Shown here: in pieces, positions 48,594 to 56,984 of the stretch | Layout: each line of letters opens with the position of its first letter | Position numbering within the stretch: the first letter of the stretch is position 1 | Source of the DNA: an uncultured Solirubrobacterales bacterium | GTDB taxonomy: Bacteria; Actinomycetota; Thermoleophilia; Solirubrobacterales; Solirubrobacteraceae | DNA: 64,000 bases | Assembly (NCBI GenBank): GCA_963822855.1 | Contig: CAWGJE010000005.1 | Span: 81,622-145,621 of the forward strand | Reading direction: 5' to 3' | Program-made: the position numbers and the translations under genes | The notes under the pieces: model-generated | The model's database searches: none | What the model saw: only the letters and a program-made list of their open reading frames with translations | Told to the model about the DNA's origin: nothing

Positions 48594-49148
48594 ATGGTGA
48601 CTCACACCCACACCCACGGTACGAGCTCGACGGCGCGTCGGACCCCCAGCGTCAAGCGCAGGCGCACGGTTCACGCTCAGGGCAGACTCCGGTTCGTGAC
48701 CGGGATCGTGCTGATCATCGCGCTCGCCACCGCCGTATTCGGCGTCGAGGCCTACAAGCGGGCCGCGCGCTCCGAACAGCGGGTCACCGCGTTGCAGGCC
48801 GACCTGGCGAGCCTCGCGCAGCGCGTCACGGGCGACGAGCGGGCCGCAGCGGGCGACCGCTTGCACGCCCGCAGCGTGGCGGCGCGCGCGACCGCCGCGC
48901 AGCGGTCGGTGCAGCGTGTCAACTGGCAGCTCCAGAGCGTCCCGAGCGAGGCGCAGCTCGCCGGCATGCGCAACGAGCTCGCGGCCTACGCCGCCTACGC
49001 CGCCTGTATCCCCGCGCTCCAGAGCGAGATCGACGGCCTTCGTCTCAACTGGCGGATCGACGCCGACAAGCCGGCCACCGACTCGTTCAAGCTGTTCACG
49101 TCGGCGCCCGCGCCGGCGTCGTGCTCAGGCGCGACTAGCTCGCACTGA
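48594..49148 (+). CDS. Hypothetical single-TM coiled-coil protein
   Basis: TM segment FVTGIVLIIALATAVFGV followed by a heptad-like region. Confidence 0.6.
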   Translation: MVTHTHTHGTSSTARRTPSVKRRRTVHAQGRLRFVTGIVLIIALATAVFGVEAYKRAARSEQRVTALQADLASLAQRVTGDERAAAGDRLHARSVAARATAAQRSVQRVNWQLQSVPSEAQLAGMRNELAAYAAYAACIPALQSEIDGLRLNWRIDADKPATDSFKLFTSAPAPASCSGATSSH

Positions 49149-51561
49149 CCGGGTTCGTGATCGCCGCGTACGGCCGGCACGGCTCGTTCCGCAGGCTCGG
49201 ACACGCCGGCAGGCCGGTCGGCACGCTCACCCCTGGAACGACCGGCAGGATCAGGCTCGACGGCATGTGCCGGGAGAAGCCCACGGAGACCTTGGCGGTT
49301 GCGGACGGATCGGTCTCACCGAACGACCAGACCGGCTGGGTTCCATTGGGGGCCGAGATCGTGACCCGGATCCGCGAGCCGGCGCGGTACACGTGGCCCT
49401 CGTAGTAGAGCGGTATGACGACTCCGACGAAGCGGCCCCTCGGCATCGGCTGCACGTCGGAGGTGAGCATGCTGGGGATCGGGTCGAGCAGGGTGCTCTT
49501 CTGGTGCAGGATGTTGTTCGTGCTCGTCGAGAGCTTGCGCTCGTCGGCTCGTAGCCATCCGTTCTGCACGAACGTCTCGTTCCCGTCCGGCCGTACCTCG
49601 CTGATCGTCGCCTGAAGGTCCACGTCCGGTGTCGAGGACCGAACCCACAGGTGGACTGCGCCGGCGCCGATCACCGTGGTGTTCGACTTGAGCGGCGCGG
49701 AGACGTACGAGATCGCGCTGCCGGCGGGATTTTGCTGCCAGTTCCACTGCCACTGCGACGCGTTCCCCCAGAGACCACCGGCCTCCGTGTTGGCGACCGG
49801 GAAGTCGTTGAGCGGCACCGCTTTGGCGTTCGATGTGTACCAGTCGATGCCCTTGTGCCCTGGCGGGCGCGCGCCCAGCTTGCCGGCGGGCCCGAGGTAC
49901 CACCAGCGCGCGGTCGTGCCGGGGACCGGGAGGGTCGAGAACGATTGCTCGAACCCGGGGTACGGGTTACCCGCCGTGTTGCTATCGGTGGGCGACGTGC
50001 CCGCGCCGTTGTCGAACAGCACCCGAACCTCGGGAAGCGCCTCGAACGCGTTCAGCGCTGACTGATACGCCGGCTCGAGTTGGATCGGGTCAGTCGGGAG
50101 CGTGACCGCGTCGGTGTCCGGCAGGCCCATCGCCGATTGGTAGATGACCGGAGCGGCAGCGTGTATGACCGCCTCGTTGACGATCGGAGCCCGATGGGCG
50201 ACGAACAGCTCTAGGAAGTCGTACCAGCGGTCGAACGTGTACGGGTCGAGTGAGTCGACGTGCGCGCCGTTGGTGAACGTGAACCACTTGTGCTGTGTGC
50301 CGGTGAAGTGCTGCACGAGGTCGGGGCAGTGGCCGCCCGTCTGCTCGTCCTCCCACTGACAGGCCATGAACACCGGGACCTTGATCTTGTCGACAAACGA
50401 GATCGGGTCCAGCGGATCGGCCACCGACGCGTTGTAGTGGGAGTTGGCGTGGATCTTGTCCATCAGGTTGGCGGCATCGCCGTGCAGGACCTGGTTTGAC
50501 TTGCAGGTCTGATCGCCGTTCTGGATCTGCGTGTTGGCGTACGGCTGGCCGCTGTTCGGCCCGGCCGGCTCGGCCTCCTCCTGGCGCTGCTGCGCCCAGG
50601 CGACCGCGAAGCCGGTGTTGAGGATGCCTCCGGGGTACAGCGTTGTCGCTGTCGCGTCGATCGTCGACAGCGGTGAGATCGCCTCGAGGTCGGGCGGATC
50701 GAGTTGCGCCGCGAACAGCTGGCTGATCGCGCCGTAGGAGATGCCCATCATCCCGACCTTGTGGCCGAGGACCCAGGGCTGGTGCGCGATCGTCTCGATC
50801 ACGTCGTACGCGTCGAGGTTCTGCAGCGGCTCGAAGAAGTCATAGGCGCCGCCCGAGCACCCCGTCCCCCGCATGTTCACGTCGACGACCGCGAAGCCCA
50901 TCAGGTTCGCGAGCACAGCGATCCCGTTGACGGGTCCGGACGGGTCGGCATAGCCATAGCCCGAGTACTCGATCAGCGTCGGGTAAGGCGGGACACCGAA
51001 GGCGGATACGGAGTGAGCACGCTTGTCGAGCGGGTTGGGAAAGCTGGGCAGACCCGGCAGGGTGATCGGGAGGCTCGGACTGCTCACGCCCGGCGGAACG
51101 GGAAGGCCGAGCGGGAGGCCGGGTTCCCCTGCCGGCGCCGTCGGCGGGTGCACGTCGATCGCGAGTTGCGTTCCGTCCCGAGTGGTCAGGTAGGTGTAGC
51201 CCTCGTCGGGGATCGACTGGTTGTAGATGCCGGGATCCCACGGCGCCGCTGCGTCGGAGTGAACCGTGATCGGAGCGGACTGCACGCCGTCCGGGTAGGA
51301 CCGCACGCGATAGCCGGTGCCCGGCGGCACGTTGCGGAACAGCAGACCTCCGAGTGAGTCGGCCTGCTGGGTGTACAGCGTCGTTCCGTCCGGCTTGAGC
51401 AGCGACATGCGCGCGCTCGGCGCGAGGCCCGTGACGTACACCTGCTCGGCGCTGCCGTGGGCGCTGAACGTCGGCGTGGCAGCTTGGGCGCCCGCCGCGG
51501 ACACACTCGCGGTCGTCACCAGGGCGACGACGAGCGCGGCGGCCATCGATATGGCACGCAT
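49135..51561 (-). CDS. Secreted CocE/NonD-family hydrolase
   Basis: Signal peptide, TRDGTQL, EYSGY, NMRGTGCSGG, GISYGA, and C-terminal YRAGSRIRVTI. Confidence 0.88.
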   Translation of the reverse strand: MRAISMAAALVVALVTTASVSAAGAQAATPTFSAHGSAEQVYVTGLAPSARMSLLKPDGTTLYTQQADSLGGLLFRNVPPGTGYRVRSYPDGVQSAPITVHSDAAAPWDPGIYNQSIPDEGYTYLTTRDGTQLAIDVHPPTAPAGEPGLPLGLPVPPGVSSPSLPITLPGLPSFPNPLDKRAHSVSAFGVPPYPTLIEYSGYGYADPSGPVNGIAVLANLMGFAVVDVNMRGTGCSGGAYDFFEPLQNLDAYDVIETIAHQPWVLGHKVGMMGISYGAISQLFAAQLDPPDLEAISPLSTIDATATTLYPGGILNTGFAVAWAQQRQEEAEPAGPNSGQPYANTQIQNGDQTCKSNQVLHGDAANLMDKIHANSHYNASVADPLDPISFVDKIKVPVFMACQWEDEQTGGHCPDLVQHFTGTQHKWFTFTNGAHVDSLDPYTFDRWYDFLELFVAHRAPIVNEAVIHAAAPVIYQSAMGLPDTDAVTLPTDPIQLEPAYQSALNAFEALPEVRVLFDNGAGTSPTDSNTAGNPYPGFEQSFSTLPVPGTTARWWYLGPAGKLGARPPGHKGIDWYTSNAKAVPLNDFPVANTEAGGLWGNASQWQWNWQQNPAGSAISYVSAPLKSNTTVIGAGAVHLWVRSSTPDVDLQATISEVRPDGNETFVQNGWLRADERKLSTSTNNILHQKSTLLDPIPSMLTSDVQPMPRGRFVGVVIPLYYEGHVYRAGSRIRVTISAPNGTQPVWSFGETDPSATAKVSVGFSRHMPSSLILPVVPGVSVPTGLPACPSLRNEPCRPYAAITNPVSAS

Positions 51562-51725
51562 TCGAGAACCACGCCGCAGGACGTTGCCTCTCCGCACGGC
51601 GTCAATGTCGCACATATTTTTCGCGCGTGCGCCGGTTCCCATCGGGCCGCGCAACTACACGCGCGAGAGCGGGTTAAGGCAGGCGCGACAGAGAGAACAC
51701 CGGTGTCAGATCCGGGGAGGACAGC

Positions 51726-53807
51726 ATGCGCGAGACCCGAGCGGGACTGTTTCTGTCAGCGTTGTTGTTCATTGCGGTCGGCGCTTGGCTCGCGCTTGGC
51801 AGCGCGGCCGTCAAGTCGGCGTCGGCCGCGGCTGGACCGAGCGGTTGCGTTCCGATCCACGGAGGTGAGGCCCTCTGCTGTGCGCACGCCGCCAAGGGCA
51901 AGCGGCAGCACTGCTCGCTCGGACTGACGATGTCGAGCGCTCCGAACCCCTCGACCGACGGGCAGACGGTCACGATCTCGGGCCGGCTCGCGGGACCCCG
52001 TCACGGCCACGCGGTCGTCCTGCTGTGGCGACGGCTCCCCGGAGAGCGGCGGTTTCATCCGACTGCCGCGACGCGCACCGATTCTGCGGGCCGGTACTCG
52101 CTCACCGCGCGGGTCGACGGAAACCGCTGGTGGTACGTGACGGCGCGAGGGTTCCGTAGTCACACCGCGCACCAACGGGTGGCGGCGCTGATCACGCTCG
52201 CTGCGACGGAGGTGAAGGCGGCACCCGGTGACCAGGTGACGTTCACCGGGAGCGTGTCGCCCGCGCACCCGGCCGCGCAGATCGTGTTGCAGCAACTCGG
52301 GTCCACCGGGTGGCAGGCGGTTGCGACGGGCGGCCTGGACCGGTTCTCCGACTACGGGATCGGCTACGCCTTCCCCGCGACCGCGAGCGGCCTGTATCAG
52401 CTCAGGACCTACGTGCGCTGGAGCGCGAAGAACATCAACTCATACTCGCCGGCGGTCACCATCGACGTGAACGGAATCTTCAAGATCAAGCACGTCGTGA
52501 TCATCATGCAGGAGAACCGTTCCTTCGATCAGTACTTCGGCACGTACCCCGGGGCGGACGGCATCCCGGGACTCGCGAGCAATCCGGGCACGGTGCCGTG
52601 CGTTCCCGACCCCGTGAACGGTGGATGCGTGCAGCCGTTCCACGACACCGCCAACAAGAACTACGGCGGCCCGCACGGCGCGGCCAACGCGACCGCCGAC
52701 CTGGACTGCACCAATCCGACGGCGCGCGCCGGCTGCAAGATGGGCGGGTTCGTCGGTCAGGCCGAGAAAGGGTCGAACTGCACGACCAACGACCCCAACT
52801 GCAGTCCGTGCACCTCCAGCTCGAAGGCCACCTGCATCGACGTCATGGGCTACCACGACGCGAGCGAGATCCCCAACTACTGGGCATACGCTGAGAACTA
52901 CGTCCTCCAGGACCAGATGTACGAGCCGAACGCCTCGTGGAGCCTTCCCGAGCATCTGTACCTGATGTCGGAGTGGTCGGCGTTCTGCACCGACCCCAAC
53001 AATCCGTTCTCCTGCAAGAACGCGCTCGAGAGCCCTAACACGCCCAACGGGCAATCGGAGTACGCCTGGACGGACATCACGCACCTGTTGCATCAGTACG
53101 GCGTGAGCTGGGCGTACTACGTGTTCCAGGGGACCGAGCCCGACTGCGAGGACGACAGCGCGATGACGTGCGCGCCGGTGCAGCAGGGACCTAAGACGCC
53201 CGGGATATGGAATCCGCTTCCGGATTTCACCGACGTTGGTCAGGACGACCAACTCGGCAACGTCCAGTCGCTGTCGAACTTCTTCGCCGCCGCCAAGAGC
53301 GGCACGTTGCCGGCGGTGTCGTGGATTACCCCGAACGGCACGGTGTCCGAGCACCCAACCGCGCTCGTCAGTGCCGGCCAGACGTACGTCACCGGCCTGG
53401 TCAACGCGATCATGGAGAGCCCGGACTGGGACAGCACCGCGATCTTCCTCTCGTGGGATGACTGGGGCGGGTTCTACGACCAGGTGGTCCCGCCGGTCTC
53501 GGACGCGGACGGCTACGGCCTGCGCGTCCCGGGCATCGTGATCAGCCCGTATGCCAAGACCAGCTATATCGACTCACAGACGCTCAGCCACGACGCATAC
53601 AACAAGTTCATCGAGGATGACTTCCTCGACGGGCAGCGCCTCGATCCCGCCACCGACGGACGGCCCGATCCGCGCCCGGACGTGCGTGAGAACAGCCCGA
53701 TCCTCGGCGACCTGACCGCCGACTTCGATTTCAACCAGACACCGCGTTCGCCGCTGATCCTGCCGGTCTGCCCGACCACGGACCTGACGCCGGCGCCATC
53801 CTGCTGA
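51726..53807 (+). CDS. Secreted phosphoesterase / phospholipase C (AcpA-PlcN family) with N-terminal beta-sandwich domains
   Basis: KIKHVVIIMQENRSFDQYFG, IPNYW, LPAVSWI, SEHP, WDDWGGFYD, GLRVP..ISPY. RBS GGAGG. Confidence 0.9.
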   Translation: MRETRAGLFLSALLFIAVGAWLALGSAAVKSASAAAGPSGCVPIHGGEALCCAHAAKGKRQHCSLGLTMSSAPNPSTDGQTVTISGRLAGPRHGHAVVLLWRRLPGERRFHPTAATRTDSAGRYSLTARVDGNRWWYVTARGFRSHTAHQRVAALITLAATEVKAAPGDQVTFTGSVSPAHPAAQIVLQQLGSTGWQAVATGGLDRFSDYGIGYAFPATASGLYQLRTYVRWSAKNINSYSPAVTIDVNGIFKIKHVVIIMQENRSFDQYFGTYPGADGIPGLASNPGTVPCVPDPVNGGCVQPFHDTANKNYGGPHGAANATADLDCTNPTARAGCKMGGFVGQAEKGSNCTTNDPNCSPCTSSSKATCIDVMGYHDASEIPNYWAYAENYVLQDQMYEPNASWSLPEHLYLMSEWSAFCTDPNNPFSCKNALESPNTPNGQSEYAWTDITHLLHQYGVSWAYYVFQGTEPDCEDDSAMTCAPVQQGPKTPGIWNPLPDFTDVGQDDQLGNVQSLSNFFAAAKSGTLPAVSWITPNGTVSEHPTALVSAGQTYVTGLVNAIMESPDWDSTAIFLSWDDWGGFYDQVVPPVSDADGYGLRVPGIVISPYAKTSYIDSQTLSHDAYNKFIEDDFLDGQRLDPATDGRPDPRPDVRENSPILGDLTADFDFNQTPRSPLILPVCPTTDLTPAPSC

Positions 53808-53819
53808 TCACAGCAGTCA

Positions 53820-53852
53820 CGTGACGCCCCGCGCGGGGGGCGGGGCGTCACG
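53820..53852. terminator. Bidirectional terminator-like hairpin between convergent genes
   Basis: 13-bp perfect stem CGTGACGCCCCGC / GCGGGGCGTCACG. Confidence 0.7.
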
Positions 53853-53860
53853 CCCGACTG

Positions 53861-54346
53861 TCAGCCGAGGTTGAAGATGAAGTCGTATTCCTTGCCGCCA
53901 TCCCGTGACAGGAGCGTCATCTCACCGCGGCTGTCGCGGTAGGCGCCGGTCCCGCCGGTGATCGACAGCACGCTGTTGCGGGTGTCGTAGTACGGGCCCT
54001 GGACCGTGATCTGGCCGGCCTTGAGGAACGTCGTCCACAGGCACTCCCAGATCCCCTGCGCCGGCGCGACGCGGATACAGAAGCCCTCGTCGTGCCCCAC
54101 CTGCTTCGTGTTAGCGACGTTGAATACCGGGTTGTTGAACGTCAGCACGTTGCCCTTCGCATCCTTGCCGCCGACCCCGGGATTCTCCGTGTCGGTGATC
54201 GCGTGCTCGATCACGTGCACGGTCTTGACCGCCTTGAGGATTCGGCTCGGCTTGGCCGAGCTTGGTCCGGCGGCGATCGCTCCCGCCGTCAGCGCCGCCG
54301 TGGCGGCCAGCGCAAAGGTGCGGCAGCGTGATTTGCCGTATTGCAA
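53861..54346 (-). CDS. Secreted allene oxide cyclase / dirigent-like beta-barrel protein
   Basis: Strong RBS GAGGAGG and signal peptide. Motifs VIEH, GNVLTFNN, VG..EGFC, GQITVQGPY, LSITGGTGAY..RG. Confidence 0.82.
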   Translation of the reverse strand: MQYGKSRCRTFALAATAALTAGAIAAGPSSAKPSRILKAVKTVHVIEHAITDTENPGVGGKDAKGNVLTFNNPVFNVANTKQVGHDEGFCIRVAPAQGIWECLWTTFLKAGQITVQGPYYDTRNSVLSITGGTGAYRDSRGEMTLLSRDGGKEYDFIFNLG

Positions 54347-54432
54347 GGCTCTCCCTCCTCGTGGTTGACCTCAGAACCGCGGCGATCGTATGCCGCCGGA
54401 TGGGCGCCCGTCCAGGGCCCGCGCGGCCTGCT

Positions 54433-54831
54433 CTAGCCGCCTGACATGTCCACCGGGTAGATGTTGGTCGGTTCGATCGTTACGACCACGCGCTTATCCC
54501 CCGGCTGATCGTGCACGCTGAGGTCCGCCGAGTACTTCGCCCCCACCTTGTCCGCGAACTCGTGGTCGTCGTCGGGCTCGACCTTCGCGTTCCCGCGCAC
54601 CACGAGGTAGCGGTACGGGTTCTCGAGGTCGAGGATCATCAGGCTGGACTTCGGGTGATTGCGGAGATTCCGGGTCTTCAGCCGAGAGTCGTTGAGCGAT
54701 AGCTTCAGCTCGCCGTCCTCGTGGATGAACCAAACCTCGGTTAACTGCGGGAACCCGTCGCCGCCGATGGTGGCCAGCGTCGCGACCTGGGCATCGAGCA
54801 GGTCGCGGTGAGATGGAGGGAAGGTGGTCAT
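54433..54831 (-). CDS. PPOX-class F420-dependent oxidoreductase
   Basis: ATLATIG.DG.PQ.T.VWF, KTRNL..P, NPYRYL.VRG, RVVV.IEP. Confidence 0.88.
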   Translation of the reverse strand: MTTFPPSHRDLLDAQVATLATIGGDGFPQLTEVWFIHEDGELKLSLNDSRLKTRNLRNHPKSSLMILDLENPYRYLVVRGNAKVEPDDDHEFADKVGAKYSADLSVHDQPGDKRVVVTIEPTNIYPVDMSGG

Positions 54832-54878
54832 GGCGTGAGAGCCTATCCGCCGACCCCCGCGGCGCGCAGCCCAGCCGA

Positions 54879-55748
54879 TTACATCGCGGGGTCGTAGTAG
54901 TAGCCCCACATCTTGAGATCGGGACTCTTGGCCACAACCTTGGCGACCAACGCGTTCCAGGAGCGCCACGAGTCGGGCACCGCCCATCTCGGGATCGTTC
55001 GGGTGGGGAACGCCGGACCCATCTCCGAGCACCAAAGCGGCAGATGCTTGGAACGCGCCCAGGCGGCGTACTGCGGAATCTGGAGGAGCCCACCGACCTT
55101 CGTGTGGTAACAGTGGGCGGCGATCGCCTGCACGCCCGGCGGTCGCCCGTGCGCAAACCCCTGCTGGGCGTCGGCAAGCCCCCACGGGCTGAACTCGCCG
55201 TAGACGCGAATCGCGTGGGGCACCAGGTTCACGAGGACCGGCTCGACCGCGTTCCACACCGCCCGGTAGTTCTGGCCGATGCTTCGCCCGTCCCGGGCGA
55301 GGGCGACGGTGCCCTGGCCGGAGGCGGTGGGCATCGACAGGTCCTGCTCGTTGCCGACGCCGACGGCCCACACGTAGGGCGCGTACGTAGGGAGCACCTC
55401 CGCCATGTAGGCGGCGACCTGACTCGGGCTCAGGTGATTGCCCCACTGAAACGAGATGTAGACCCGGAAGCCCGCCGCGGACGCGTCCTGCACGCAGCCG
55501 ATGCCGGCGCCGACCGGTGCTTCCTGCGGGGAGAGGATCAGCCGCATCACGTTGGCGTGGTTTGCGCGCAGGAACGGATTGACGTTCCGGTTGGACAGGC
55601 ACGCGGTCTCGCTGCTGACGGCGAACCACGTGGGGCGTCGGGCGGACGCGATTGCGGGCGCGATCATCAGCGCGACGGCCGCCGCCGTCGCCACGAACGC
55701 TCCCATGCCGAGGAGCCGCCTGAGGGTCGAGATCTTGCTTACTTCCAC
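54879..55748 (-). CDS. Secreted clan GH-A-like glycoside hydrolase
   Basis: Signal peptide, VGVGNEQD, AAHCY, LWCSEMG. AGGA RBS before GTG 55748. Confidence 0.65.
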   Translation of the reverse strand: MEVSKISTLRRLLGMGAFVATAAAVALMIAPAIASARRPTWFAVSSETACLSNRNVNPFLRANHANVMRLILSPQEAPVGAGIGCVQDASAAGFRVYISFQWGNHLSPSQVAAYMAEVLPTYAPYVWAVGVGNEQDLSMPTASGQGTVALARDGRSIGQNYRAVWNAVEPVLVNLVPHAIRVYGEFSPWGLADAQQGFAHGRPPGVQAIAAHCYHTKVGGLLQIPQYAAWARSKHLPLWCSEMGPAFPTRTIPRWAVPDSWRSWNALVAKVVAKSPDLKMWGYYYDPAM

Positions 55749-55816
55749 GCTTGTCCTACTTCGCCGGGGGCCGAGCTGCATACCGCAGCCCGCGACTGCG
55801 CCCGTCGCTACGTTCT

Positions 55817-55844
55817 GCATCGGCACGACGTACACCTTCCTTGA
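55817..55844 (-). promoter_or_regulatory. Sigma-28 (FliA/WhiG)-type promoter candidate
   Basis: Minus strand reads TCAAG-N15-GCCGATGC upstream of the GH-like gene. Confidence 0.55.
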
Positions 55845-55926
55845 CCGGTCGTAACCGCCGGCAGACTCGTTCTTATCGTCCTATTGGGATTCTCTCGGGC
55901 GCTTCTTCGACACGCCGGACAGGCTC

Positions 55927-56565
55927 ATGTACCAGATGCGAGCGTTCGGTAACGACCCGGGGCCCTCTGTCGGCTGGAGGCTAGCGCGAGTGCTGCTGGT
56001 CATGGCGAGCATCGTCGGGGCCGTCACCGTCGTGATCAGCACCGGCGCGGTCAAGATTCCCGGCCTGTCCGGCGGCTCCCGAACGACGCAACCAAGCGAG
56101 CAAGCGGCGCTTGCGGCCCAGCGAACCGCCGCTGCAGAGCAGTGGGCATCGGCCACGTGCACGAGCATCCTCGCTTGGAAGAACGAGATTCAGCGCGACG
56201 GGACGAGCCTCAACCTCGCGCTTGGTCCAAGCGCCCGCGTGCACGACGCGATCGCCGCGTCGACCCGGCTGCTCAGCGAGCTCGACAAGCTCGGGCTGCC
56301 GCCGGAAGCGTCCCCCCGAGCGCGGACCGAGTTGGCTCAGCTCCGCGCGGACATCGCCTCGCGACTCAGCAGCCTCGAGGGCGCAGCCGGCAGCGTCGCC
56401 AGCGGCAACCTCGCCGCGATCGGCACGCTCCTCGGCGACCTCGAGAGCGACAAGGTCCTCCCTGGGCAAATCTCCAGCGAGCTGCAGCACGTGGTGTCGG
56501 TCGATCTCGGGCTCTCGGTCGCCGAGACGCGCGCCTGCCGGCAGCTCGTCGGCATCCCCATCTGA
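55927..56565 (+). CDS. Hypothetical membrane-anchored helical protein
   Basis: N-terminal TM segment, WA..TC motif and a distal Cys. Confidence 0.7.
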   Translation: MYQMRAFGNDPGPSVGWRLARVLLVMASIVGAVTVVISTGAVKIPGLSGGSRTTQPSEQAALAAQRTAAAEQWASATCTSILAWKNEIQRDGTSLNLALGPSARVHDAIAASTRLLSELDKLGLPPEASPRARTELAQLRADIASRLSSLEGAAGSVASGNLAAIGTLLGDLESDKVLPGQISSELQHVVSVDLGLSVAETRACRQLVGIPI

Positions 56566-56591
56566 TCCGCCCCGGGCGCTACTGTCGCGAC

Positions 56592-56984
56592 ATGGAGCGC
56601 AACGTGCTCGGCGCGCGCCTCGACAGCTGCGGCACGGAGCCGCTCACCGGCTTCTACCGTGACGGCTGCTGCCGCACCGGGCCTGGCGATCTCGGCAGCC
56701 ACACGATCTGCGCCGTCGTCAGCGCCGAGTTCCTCGAGTATCAGCGGAGCATCGGCAACGACCTGAGCTCGCCGGCGCCCGAACGCGACTTTCCCGGCCT
56801 CCAGCCCGGGGACCGCTGGTGCGTGACGACCTACGCGTGGCTGCGCGCACACGAGGAGGGCGTCGCGGCGTACGTCGTGCTCGCGGCCACGCACGAGCGC
56901 GCGCTCGATCACGTGCCGCTTCACGTGCTGCAGGAGTACGCGGTCGACGTACCGGCCGATCCGGGCTCGATCGACGCTACTTGA
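56592..56984 (+). CDS. DUF2237 family protein
   Basis: NVLG..L..C...PLTGFYRDGCC, GSHTICA, GNDLS, PGDRWC, ATHERAL. Confidence 0.92.
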   Translation: MERNVLGARLDSCGTEPLTGFYRDGCCRTGPGDLGSHTICAVVSAEFLEYQRSIGNDLSSPAPERDFPGLQPGDRWCVTTYAWLRAHEEGVAAYVVLAATHERALDHVPLHVLQEYAVDVPADPGSIDAT

